Part shown: one piece after another, positions 52,012 to 64,000 of the stretch
Layout of the letters: every line of letters begins with the position of its first letter
Position numbering within the stretch: the first letter of the stretch is position 1
Source: Botryllus schlosseri
Lineage: Eukaryota
Length of the DNA stretch: 64,000 nucleotides
Direction of reading: 5' to 3'
Assembly: GCA_051294905.1 (NCBI GenBank)
Contig: CM119379.1
Location: 16,368,001 to 16,432,000, forward strand
The notes under the pieces: generated by a model
Told to the model about the DNA's origin: nothing
The model's database searches: none
What the model saw: the letters and a program-made list of their open reading frames with translations, nothing else
Translations under genes and position numbers: made by a program

Positions 52012-55000
52012 TCAGCTACGGTAAGTCTTGATAGCCTTGTCGATTTGCTTTCTGCATATCGGGCATTGCCGAATCGCTTGCGTACATTCCATGCAGCAGC
52101 ACATATGCCCGCACGGCATAAACACCATATCCGCTTGATTTGAGAAGCATATCTTACAAAGGCCCTCTTCTTGCATTTGAGTCACCGCATCCTGAGAAAA
52201 GAGAGAGAAAATTGGAGATCCCATTTTGCTGCAAAGACTTGGTGAGTCGGAAACCAGGCTACGACAACTAAACCACGGAAGCAGTTTGATTATCTGTCCT
52301 GACATGTCGATACATAATATATCATACGCGTAAGTTCATCGACACTAGGGACATATCTCATCATTGATGTATCAACATTTACAGACGATAAACCTAATAA
52401 ACTGATGATTTGATATGATTTGAAGGCTTTGACAAAAAAGGAAAAAATAAAATGCGACCTTTTTCTTGGCTGTGTATATGCCTGATGACATGGCATACTA
52501 TTTTCACTGGGAATTTCAGCAAATTTTAGAAAAGTTTGACAGCTTGAAGGGTATTATCCGCTCATCGAATATGTAATGAAATTATTATTATTATCGTGAT
52601 GCAACATGCCATATGATATCAAATAGGACGCGGGAAATTCTCCTGTAGAAATTCCATTTTTGTGCACAAATTCAACTTTACTACAGACAGCAGCACACCG
52701 AATAACCCATACCTGTAGAGACGCGTTGTCTTTCACATCCACGCTGCTGCCCATTGCTCCCAGAAGAGCTAAAAAATAAGATAAGACATTAGATATGGAG
52801 CAAGAACAGCCAAGTAGGCTGGCTAAAGCTACACCAACCATAGGGTGACTGCTTACGCATATACCATTAACACGGATGAACAATCGAACATACCTGAACC
52901 GTGCACAGCGGTACTGGTCGCTGGAGTACTTTCATACATTTCCATAGCTTCATCTTCGTCGTCGTCGTCAGGAAAAAAATTTTTGTTCCCTCTACCTCTT
53001 GGTGCGCTCCCTACGGTAAAAGAAGACATTCCATCTAAAGACAATATTCCTCACTAATTCAACATCAAACGATACTCCATCCATGTGCTATGTCTTTTGA
53101 GTAGAAATAGAAACCGTAAAACTGAAGATCACTCCCTAGGTAGTTGGAAGGACTAGATTTGGAGGCATCATCGGAAGTTGTCAATAGTTTTTCAAACTGT
53201 AATATTCAACTTTGTGACCGGCGGCAATGTCTGGTCGGACTGTGTCGTTAAAATAGGTGCCATTATGAAAATTTTTGAATTTTTTTAGAAGTTGAAATAG
53301 TCTCAAAACATCACCCCTTAACTGGTGCGAAAAGCAGGCAAACCTACTCAAATATTCTAAAAAGTAGAAGTACTTTCTTACTGACCATGACCGCCTCTGC
53401 ACAGAAGACACATAACGGTCATTTAACCGGTATACACAGTCGAGAAGTTTGGATTACGGGTTTGAATGACCAAATTTTGCAATCGAAACCGCAGAATATT
53501 CGTAGTTTTCTAATCGACAGCAACCGCTTTCAATCAAAGTAGCTACAGACGCAGAGAAACTATCACAACAATCTAGCTAGGTAGGCAGCTTTAAATTGAG
53601 CTGCTTTGTGGTGACCAATTTCATACTTCATTTTTTCAAATTATAAAAATTTGAAAAGGCTATTGTGATGTATACGAATCAAACATACATGATGATGATG
53701 ACTTGTCGGTACCCCCAATGGCAAAAGCAGCATTCGTGGCCCCTGTCGGCATCTTTGCTTGCGTCGATTCCTCAGTTATCTGTCTCTCCCTGTCCATGAC
53801 ATCGTTCAGTAGTTCCGTCATCGAGTCGTAGATATCTTCACTGTTGGCTTGTTTTCCCGAAGCTAATTTGTCTTCCAGCAATCCTTCCACCTGCACATGG
53901 ATTTAGATGAGTCAAATCATCGTTGAATTAGTATGCGGATAATCTATTAAACAATATGTTATTTATTTAATTGATTATTTAATTCAAATTTTGCAAGCAA
54001 AGTCATGTTGAGGTGGCAACTCATGCAATATTGTTCTGTTTTGTCCAGATGTAATTAGTGACCTATTCTTGAAGTAACTACTATGACAATATTATCATGT
54101 TTTGTTCAATATTCGAAAATGAAAATAGAATTGTGACAAAGAAAAATAACATTTGACAAGGCAAGAGTCCAATCTCTTGAAAACAGGAGAAACTGACATT
54201 GCTACATAATCCGATACCATCACACGCATGCAGAAAGCAAACTCACAATTTTAGCATCGAATCCCATGAATATGATACTTTTTACGATGTCTGAATTCTT
54301 CATCACGTTTTGTATATGCTCCCATCTTTTTCTTTTCTCCTCCTGGTAAGAGAGGGAGATTAAATTTCGGACTTGAAATGGACAAACTTACAAACTCAAG
54401 ACTTGTATGGATTTTGGTGGGGACGGCTTTCAGATCAGTCGATTATGCTGGACACTAATGCTTAGTCGATACTTGATCAGTTCAAGTGAATTGAATACTA
54501 AATGCTTCAAAGCAGAGGTGGTATTGGTCAAACTTTAAAACTCATTGGTCCACATGAAGATAGCAACTGGTAGCACTTTACCATCGTCCGTAACCAGAAG
54601 TGGTCAAAGTAGTTAGCCTTGCTACTCAAGCAGGGGTATAATTTGCACTGTAACTTTTACTCAATTCCAAGTAAAAGTAGCCATTACCAACACGTGCCAT
54701 ATCTATTCGAATGAAAGTAGAAAAAAGGTCCGAAAAGAACTCAAGCAAGTACTTTCAAAAAGCAAGGTCAAGGGATCACATATTTTTGGCAGCGGTGGTG
54801 GCTACATTCCCAAAAATCTATTCAGTTACAATGGCGCACTCGACCCTCACGGCAATTTCAATCAGAAAAGTGGTGCAAAATTACCGTGAAACGACAATCT
54901 GCTTTTCAAAATCCAATATGTTAAAAGTAAGTAGTTTTGTCTAAAAAAACTTACTCTCGGATCGATAATCGTAAGAGTAGCTGCGGGTTGATTCGAGCTG

Positions 55001-58000
55001 GAACCCGTTCCTGGCATAGGCGGATTTTGCTGCCTGGCAGACGATGCCTGCGCGGTGGCCGGTACATCCAGGTTTGCTCCTTCTTGCTTCGCGATGATGG
55101 GCCTCGGTAAGTGCGGGTGAGCAGACAGATGCCGGTGAACGAAATGCTGGCCTTTGGCGCGTAGTAAAAATTGACAATTCGGGAACCACTTAGCATGCTC
55201 CACCCAGGGCGCGTCGTCGTAGTCCCAATTTTGAAGACCGCCGTTACAATACCAGCATTTAACACGGTCTCGTTCGCCTGAAATCAACATACGAGTCCGG
55301 TTACCGTTGAGTTTGGTTCTAGTTTGGCACTAGAAGCGTAATAACTATTGATATTATTATTATGAAAGTGATGCATCAATACGGTATTGATAAGTTCGAA
55401 AATGAATGTTTCTTTGAATATATGCATGAATCGTGATATACGGCACTTGGTGAAATTGACAGAAAATTTTATAACAAATATCATTATGAAAGCGACACAA
55501 CAATATTGTATTGATAAATTCGGAAATGAATGTTCCACCTAATAATTACGAGCGTGAATTGTGAAATAGGGCACTTGGTGAATTCGGCTAAAAGGGATGC
55601 ATCAATATTGCATGAATAAATTTGAAAATGATTGTTGAGGGAATATGAATTGTGGCGTACACCAACTGAGGAATTTGGCATTAGAAATGCAATCACTATA
55701 TTATGATAAAGCGATGCATCAATATTGTATTAATAAATTAGAAATTGAATGTTTCACTGAATATGAGCGTCACTTGTGATATAAGGCACTCGCTGAATTC
55801 AGCACTCGGCACTTGGCGTGCAAGTATTAATGTACCGTATTGGGTTAGCCTTTATTGGTCATATCGTCACGTCCAGTCAAATTTTATGTTTGACGATTCA
55901 ATAAATGTCTGTCTGTCTGGTTAGGTTCGGGGTAGGTTAGGATTAGGGTCTGTCTGGTAATCGAGGGCGCCGATATGCCTATTTCTAGTCTAAAATATGC
56001 GCATTTTTTTCTTAATTTACTGATGATATTTAAATATAGACCTTACGGCCCATGAAATCATACGAGGTGCGACAAAAATTTTCATGGCTAATAAATATTC
56101 TTCAACAAACGAAAAACGAAATAATCTTGGGCCCCTTCGAGCTCCCGCAATTGGGGGTTTGGGTGCAGCAGTTAAGGCCCTGGTAGATCATAGGCTGAAA
56201 CTATGTATATATTATGATCGTCCGCTGCTCCATTCGCGTCGCGAAACACAATGATCAAATCCACGTATATCCGCTGTGTGATTGGGATTTTAGTTCCACT
56301 ATTGTGGGGAATAATATAATCATTCTGGGTCAGCTTCAAACAATTCATTGGTGAATGGGGTACTACAGAGAAGTGGAGAAAGATTTATTTAATATGCATG
56401 CTGTACCACACATTGTACGTCTTGTACCAAACCAACTGAAGTTGCGATGTCAGAATATTCAATCCAATGATACAATCAATTCATGCGACTCTTACATTAT
56501 GTACCATGATTTCCAGGGCGGACATTTTAAACCGACTCCAAAGATTGATGCGCTCCGCAAAATCCTCAATCCATTACGATTCGTTGCGGTGGCGGTGGTG
56601 CAGATACCGCCACTAGAAGTTGCTAATAATTTGCAATGGCTATCTTACAATAATACGACTTGCCTAAGTACAGTAAATCTGTACCTCAATCACACCTCAT
56701 TCCTAGTTTATTGCACACCCCTTTCAACGGCATACGACATATGGCCCTGCCGGAATACTTGGTTACTTCAGCATTAACTTCCAGATATTGTATACTCGAA
56801 CTTATTTTAGTTGCTGTAAGCCGTAGGTTGTCATAGCCAGAGGAAAAACTCGCCGTTTCTCCCTCCCATTTTCAACTTGAACATGCTGACTCCATACGTG
56901 CCACTACGTCTCAACAGAGTCGGATGAAAAGCTTTACATAGCCTATGTATTATAAATATGAATATATTTTTAGCAATTAATATAACTAAACTTACATTAA
57001 TTCTAAAATTTTCTAAATAGCTTTGTGGCCCATGGACTACCCTTTGAGAACCCCTGCACTAGAGCATCACCAATACGATAGGCATGAAAGTGCCAAGTTA
57101 CCTAGAAAGAAGAATCCGGCTTGCGCAATTTCTTCCGGCGTGGCCGCGGTCTTTCCGATTGGCCATCGTCGATCGAAAGTATCCAGTCTTGTGGCCTCGC
57201 TTCGCATGTGAGGATTTGAAGGGTACCTGCGGACACAGTGAACAAACGGATGAAACCTCGGTGTTTAATATTCGAGACATGCGACATGAAGAGCCAGGAC
57301 GTAGTTCTCGATAATGTATTGCGAACTCTAATAAACTCGTCAGTACCTGGAACTGGAATTACGCATTTTGCTTTTAAATTACTTGTAGTCCATCATTTAC
57401 AAATCTCAATACCGAGCCCAGTGGTGAGTGGTTACCAATTGTTGAGTTTACAATCAGCATCACCCATTTATCGAACAAAATATGAACCGGAAACTGCTGA
57501 AAGCAGATAACGAGGTTTATACAAAATTGCAGAAAAATATATAATAGCTTGCTCAGATGATACTGAAGTTATATAGGCACATTTTATTGATTTTAATGGT
57601 AAGTCATGCATGCGATGGGGCATGAGGACGCTGAGTTTCATAGTTAGTCCAAGTATCAAAATGCTAGCTCATAGCAGTAACTCTCAATTTGAAAGGCTCG
57701 CGAGCAGTGTTCGTGTGTAATTGTTACAAGTAATCGTAAGTATTGAGTTGACCTGCATGTAAATTTTCTCTCTCTTTCTTCTCTCGATTCTGGCTGCTCG
57801 GGAATTGGCACGTTGCGATTTTCAGCTCCCAAAACCATTGGACAGTCGGCGAAATGATCTCGATGCTCCGACTATAGAATATACAATAAAATGATCGTCG
57901 TGATTATGTCACAGGAATTTTCTTGGAACGCAAGTGAACGAAATCTGCTTTAAAATAACCGAGGCTACTCACCAAGGCATTATCGTTTACAGTCCAATTT

Positions 58001-61000
58001 CGCAGAACTCCACCACATGAAAAACACTGAGTGCGATCCAAGTCGCCGAGATAGAAAAATCCAGTCTTCGCTAACGCGGACGGAGGCGCGTTCGGACGTC
58101 GCGTTGGCCATCGTGCAAATGATGACAACCTTGAACAAAAGGGTAGGTTCCATAATCCTAGTCTTTCAAAGGTGCCAAAGGTGGTCAGTAATGTTTTAGA
58201 TTGCTCAAAGTTTGACAACATTTTAAAAGCATAGTTTTGGATTGATATGTATAAGTTTTATGAGCGGCATTGTGAGTGAATAAAACATCGTCGACATCTA
58301 TTCCTACAACAGGATAAAATTCAAAAATAGAACTCAATCACTTTGTGTTAGTCGCGACGTTGTTCCGTGCAATTTCGTAAACTGTCACTGGTGCCAATCC
58401 ACACTTGACATGTCTTGAAATCAGAGTTGGTTGACAGTTTTCAGTTTTTTAGACAAAACTAGGCCTACTTACTCTTTTATTCACTTGGAAATCGCTAACT
58501 GTAACTGTAACTGATACCTATCAATGACCACCGCTACGTTTATGGCTATCGTTTCCTGAATTCTGATCCGGACCACTCGGTGTATAGTATATATAGCTAT
58601 GTCCTAACAATTTCTTTATGACTTCACATAGATTTTGTACCGAAAGATAACCAGCCGACATCATATCTACTTTAGACGTGTGCTTAACGTACCGATCTAA
58701 CTCTCGATTCAAGAATAAGTTTGACAGGAATCTGCGGTGATCAGACGACATGACTTGCGCCATCTGCCACTGCCTCGGCGTTTGGGGTCTGGGTGAAATC
58801 CCATGGTTTCTTTGTTGAGCTACAAAAGAATTGAATCCCATTAAAACAAGGAAAGCGGAGTAAGAGAAATTATCATGGGCAATGCAAATCACTGTAATCT
58901 ACACAAAATTTGAACATGAATCAAGATCGAATCCGGCTTAAAATTACAATGTACAATTATACGTATGTTTGTATACACAAATATATAAATATATCAAGTT
59001 CATTGCTTACTAGGTCTTGTTCTGTGTGTAATATCTGTCGGATGTCCCACATGCAGGTTTGGTCGTTGCTGGGTTGAGAAATTCTGCAGGAAGTAATTTA
59101 TGATTGAAAATCTGACGATGAAGTACACTGGTACCAGAAGTCATGCTCCATGACGACACATAATCATTTCATAGTATACCATTACAATACAAAGTACGAA
59201 ACAGAAATACCTGTAATGGTCAATGAACTCAGTTAAATAACTGGGTTTCACCCTGACATGGCTTTATAACATATGATGTTCAGTACCTTAGTAACCAACA
59301 CCCACGCAACGGTATCTTAATCGACTATTCATTAATTGCAAGAAGTATGTTGGATCATTGCGTTACAACAATCGGGCCAGGCAATTCTCCTAGTAACCAA
59401 TGAAAGCAGGAAATTCTTCCGAATTGCTCAATGATGTTGCCAAGCTTAGAATATCACCGTAACGGCGTAACCTATCAATTTTCATGAACATTAGGCCAAT
59501 CGCTTTTAATTGGTCATGATACGAGTTGGAACCCTGAATAATATGATCATACAAAGTACGATCTTATGCTAGATGACATCTGACATCATATGATATCACC
59601 AGTTTTGTGAATGGCTGAAACACATTTTCCATATTCAATTGAATTCTCAAAAACACCACACATCATACAAACTAGCCTATCTCTCAACGACAAAAACATA
59701 TCCTGATGTGACTGAAACTCCATTGAAATATCACCGTTAGGAATACTGTCTACCATACAATGGTTAGCTATTACAAAGAGACGGACCAATTCAAAAACGC
59801 CATTTGTCATCAACAAAGACTCTGTTTGTCTAGATACTGTGTTCTAAAAACAAACTCACCGTATAACGATTAACAACACAAGCGTCACATCCGAGACAGC
59901 CATTTTCCATAATATGCAATACTAAAAATTTTACTAAATATGCTTCATATACTAGGCATACAACCATGCGTGCAAATGATCTGATTGTGATACAGCTACG
60001 AATCAAGCCACTATATATCATGTCATGTAGTTTACCAGGGGATTCCCTATCAGAATACTCATTGCAACATTCATGGTGGTGATACGTTTATTTCACCCGG
60101 AGACTTTTTGGGTGGCTCGCTTCAATAATTATATATCGGCGCATCAAGGGGATTCAAACCGATTCATAGTGAGCTAATAAGGAAGAGTACAAGGAAACAG
60201 TATTAATCACAGACCGTGGAATTTGCATTGGAACAATGGCAACAACAAACTTTGAATATACGGTACTATAGTAGCAATCAAAGAATGTAACTAAAACAAA
60301 TTACGTACACAAACTCCTTTTGTTTACATCAAATTTGCTGTGACAATCTTGTCAATTTTATAAATCTCTGCATGGCAATTAACCAGTGTAATGCATCAGT
60401 ACACGAGCTGGAAAATTTAGGACATGATGCCCTTTTAATCCTCTCATATTGGTTTGTTCCTTGTGAGTGATGCTTTCTTGCAGGTGAGTGACAGATATGA
60501 ATAAGTGGAAAATTAGAGTATTTGATGATGTTCATGACTTTCCTTCTATCTGTTCATTACATCGTACTGTGTGCTGTGTATCGCACCAAATGTACATTTT
60601 GTCTAGAGCGGAAGAAAATGGAACATCTAATCTACAAACTACCACTTCTGAATTCAAGTGTGGCTGATTGAACTGCTTTGCATTAATCAAATGGACTTTC
60701 AGGTCTTTGCCAGCTTGTGGACTTGTTTCCAAGATACCTAGACATCCCAAACAAACAAATAAATATCACTAAGACAGTAAATCTTCCTCTTATATACTCA
60801 AATTTGAGATTGAGCTGAACTTGCGACTCGGAAGACTCACAATAAATAAAACCACTCTCAAAATACATCTCTTACATGCAATTTTTCAATCAGTATTCTC
60901 AGAGTATCCATAGTTCATTAACAAATCCTCAAATAAATTTACATATGCAGCTCAGCAGCTGTACAATCCATATTGCGGTACTAGGTACGTCAAAACGATG

Positions 61001-63427
61001 AATGATGTTATGCATAACACTCAGGCAACGCTGTTGACTAAACAATAGATGCTTACTGAATTTCTGACTTGTGCTGATGCCAAGCGAGATGTCATTGGAA
61101 TGTTCTCGCTGTGAAATCCCAATGTCATGCCGCAATTGCTTCTGTAAATATATATTATATTTTCAAGATGTTAATGAAGGTAGTCCTACCGATATCAACA
61201 ACGAACAAGGAAATTCTTGAATTTTGTGCCGTCAAGCTTGACATATTGTGTCAAGCAGAGATGGTACAAGTATTGTCAACTTAAAGTAAGAGTAAAAGTA
61301 AGAATGATTTTGCTATTAAATGACATTTAACAATTATAAAATAATCAATTTCGTTCAACGCTTGGCAGTAAAGGCTGTATCAGACGAGGCGATGTCGGCG
61401 GAGCGTTAGTGTTTGTTTTATCATCGCTGCCATCGGCCGGATCGCCGCCGATGTTATTTGACAGTGTCAATTAACTCGGCGACATCGCCAGCGATGAGAG
61501 AAGTGGGAGATGCGCTCATGCGTATCCATATATAAACCAGTGTCGAGACTTGAATAGCGTCACTTTTGCTCAAGCCGTTTGGCGGACGGACCTTCTGGCG
61601 AGGCATTGCGAAACGAATTACTGCGATGTAGTACTCAATTATTGAGCTGCTTCACTTATCCAGTATAGGCCGGCGTTGCAAAATCGGATGCACCCACCAC
61701 CTTCGAGTAGCACATTCTTCTGCAGCTATCATGGCAGTCAAAACTCGTGCTACTTTCAACTGTTTTGACCTACCCTTACAAATACCATACTACCATGGTT
61801 CCGAGAAGGTTTCATTCGACAAGACATTGCAGCATGAACACATTGGACAGGCATCATAATCATATTGCAGAACTAGTTTCGAATATTTTCGGCTAGTTGT
61901 TACTTTGTTTCTGGATAATTTTGACCAGACGTGACTTTTAACTTCAAGTCGAAAGAAAAAAATCGTCGGCTCGACAACCAAAACGGACAGTGTACCCCTT
62001 GTTATAGGACTGGTAGCACTCTAAAGTTGTTCTGTCAAAGGTCCAAGCAAATATAAACCAGCCAACTCTATGCCCTAAATGTATGTAGCTCCGCTGCACG
62101 ATTGGGATTCTTGGGAATATTTATTCTGTTCGGATTTTCTGGATTATGGACAAGATTTTTCAGATTTGCATTGGTATTTGGATGAGAGTGTTCGTAATCG
62201 GAAGGATTGCTCCTCAGAGCTTTGAGCTGTCGGATGGATTCGGATTCTCAGAAATCACTATCCGCCCATCACTGATCAGTGATCCGTGATCATAATACGG
62301 CAGTGACCTGTACAACAACAAAAAAACGATTCACAGATGTCAATCATCCCCGAGCAGGTTTAAATGCAACGGGTCAACGCCTTCTGAAACTAATCAAGTG
62401 CAACGATCTCTCACATGATAGTAGAGAAATTATCGGCCAACATCGCCGGCATCGCCTCGTCTGATACGGCCTTTAGTGGTTAGTGAATTTGCGATCAGCA
62501 TCAACTATTCTCTTACAAAATAGGGACTAAAAAAGGCTTCAAGTAGATGATAAGGTTTCCTCAAAAGTCAAGTCACATGTGATACTAAATTTATGTCAAT
62601 ACATTTTATTACTGATGATCATATCCCGCTGAAATTTCCGTAAGTTGTTACGGCATCATAGCAAAAAACAATCACAATAATATGTAGGCTACTGAACTGG
62701 AGGCATTACATTACAAAACCATATTTACCAAGGAAATAAATAGGACATTCCGAATGTTATGACTTGATTTCACCATAGGTGATTTCTTGAGCATGAAATG
62801 TGTTGACAAATAATATCAAACTTGAATTTATGTTTTTTTAACTTGAGTTCAGAGCGTGACAGAAAGCAACAATATAAGACTTTGAATTATTTACATAATT
62901 TGCAAAATAACATGTCTTGGCATGCAATAAACGGAGCATCCCATCACCAATATTAATCAAAATAATGTCTATTCATATGAAAGAATGTAGTTATCAACTT
63001 CTGCACGCCTATACTAACATTGATTTATTGCACTTGCCCACAAGAACCTATCTATTCTTAAGTCACACTCAAATAGGGCCTAGTTCAAGAAATTTGCGAG
63101 TCATGTTATCGAAATAGTATCGTCTTCACATAATATTAATAATGGTCACAGAGCGAATGTCAATGTCTCAATGAAGCTGGACACACGGTGAGTGCTGTGG
63201 ATCCTCAAAAATATGATCGATTTGAACTGACTTGTGCCAAGTGGTGTCAGCCGGGTTGTCGCCTGGTTCCCAACTTTCGACGGTCCGTCCACATGAAAAG
63301 CACTTCACTCTATCGGAGAATCCAGTAAAGTAGAATCCGGCTTGTGCAAGATTAATCTTGCTGACATGGACAGCCACTGGATAATTGGCAAACGTAGAAA
63401 GACGATACTGCTCGGACCGTACATTTC
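52012..63427 (-). CDS. Inhibitor of apoptosis protein (BIR1-BIR2-BIR3-UBA-RING, no CARD), >=618 codons; first coding exon not identified
   Basis: Exons 63232-63427, 61057-61141, 59011-59083, 58693-58819, 57973-58129, 57753-57871, 57102-57226, 54955-55277, 54247-54342, 53713-53890, 52894-53034, 52713-52768, 52012-52191, with consistent phases. BIR2 CFSC-x16-H-x6-C, BIR3 [31 protein letters not shown]-like IIFMGFD, C3HC4 RING ending KTYRS*. The small linker exons are less certain. Confidence 0.88.
55360..55810. repeat. Degenerate ~100-125-bp tandem repeat (about 4 units) in an IAP intron
   Basis: Anchor GATGCATCAATA..GTATT.ATAA.TT.GAAA.TGAATGTT recurs near 55371, 55497, 55597 and 55713, mostly followed by GGCACTTGGTGAA. 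Confidence 0.7.
61371..62473. mobile_element. PIF/Harbinger-like non-autonomous element (~1.1 kb) in an IAP intron
   Basis: ~30-bp GC-rich TIR AAGGCTGTATCAGACGAGGCGATGTCGGCG vs inverted CATCGCCGGCATCGCCTCGTCTGATACGGCCTT, flanked by TA(A)/T(T)A; the superfamily assignment is inference. Confidence 0.7.
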
Positions 63428-64000
63428 CTGTACAAGAAGAAATGGAAAGATGTCTCATCGGAGTTTGGATGAATCATATGTGAGCTGGAGCGCATCGCTA
63501 TGAGCAAAAGAACTGGTCATGCACCCATCATGAATTGATGGTACACTGTTGCAATGGCGTTGTAACAAAGATTTGATGGATACAAGTATTATGAAATTTG
63601 CTCTGATGGTGCAACCGTCGGAAACAACTTGCGATTAATGTCTTTCAATTAAAATACTTTGGATGATTCATCACCACCACGTTGGTTGCATCATCCAGAT
63701 ACGTTGCGCAATCACTTTGGTGTAATCAATCACAAGACATACATGCAGCAATGTAAATAGTAGGGATGGTATGAACGTGCGGTTCACTTTTGCGTTCTGC
63801 GTGCGAACCACGGAAATTTAGAGGTTCACGTTCACAAAAGAACTTTGGTAGGTTGTGCACTGTGAACCTTTTTCATATGTTACAATTTTTGCCTCGTTAT
63901 AACATCTTTGGTTGAAATTTATTGCATTTCAACTGCGGGCCACTCTATGCATGGCGCTGGAAGCATAACAAAATCAACACTAAACGAACATGCACCTTGA

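Noticed and set aside
58130-58159. TAG acceptor at 58158-58159 for the BIR2 exon
   Set aside because: Wrong phase; the AAG acceptor at 58130-58131 restores LNRELDRLSSF.
59586-59816. Extra IAP exon or separate gene
   Set aside because: No convincing phase-compatible donor/acceptor pair and no recognisable domain.
1111-63427. Functional lysosome/autophagy/cell-death gene cluster (PSAP-like, SNAP29, IAP, PPIB)
   Set aside because: Mixed orientations, unrelated genes interspersed, and no shared regulatory evidence visible; it would need conserved synteny and co-expression.

Overview
AT-rich eukaryotic (animal) genomic DNA. It is probably a marine invertebrate deuterostome, possibly an ascidian; this is an inference from the many ~60-nt introns and the gene and TE content. 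Six protein-coding genes were assembled by hand from GT-AG splice sites and reading-frame phase. (1) A prosaposin-like gene (minus strand, ATG 15517, running off the left edge) with at least 10 complete SapB domains plus half of an 11th, built from a tandemly amplified two-exon module. (2) A CCDC87-like gene (plus, ~19706-33940). (3) Cyclophilin B, PPIB (minus, 35478-37873). (4) An intronless RRP9/U3-55K CDS (plus, 39715-41040). (5) SNAP29 (minus, 42958-46685). (6) An IAP with BIR-BIR-BIR-UBA-RING and no CARD (minus, 52012 to beyond 63427; first coding exon not found). Introns and intergenic DNA are dense with non-autonomous DNA transposons (several hAT MITEs with verifiable 8-bp TSDs, a foldback element with a 10-bp TSD, a Harbinger-like element) and a tRNA-derived SINE. 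The most notable observations are the poly-saposin array (acidic repeats lacking the usual N-glycosylation sequon, no SapA prodomain), an optional or decaying insert in CCDC87, an atypical BIR1 zinc-ligand spacing, and strong enrichment of the palindrome TAGGCCTA. No CRISPR array, rRNA or intact tRNA was seen.
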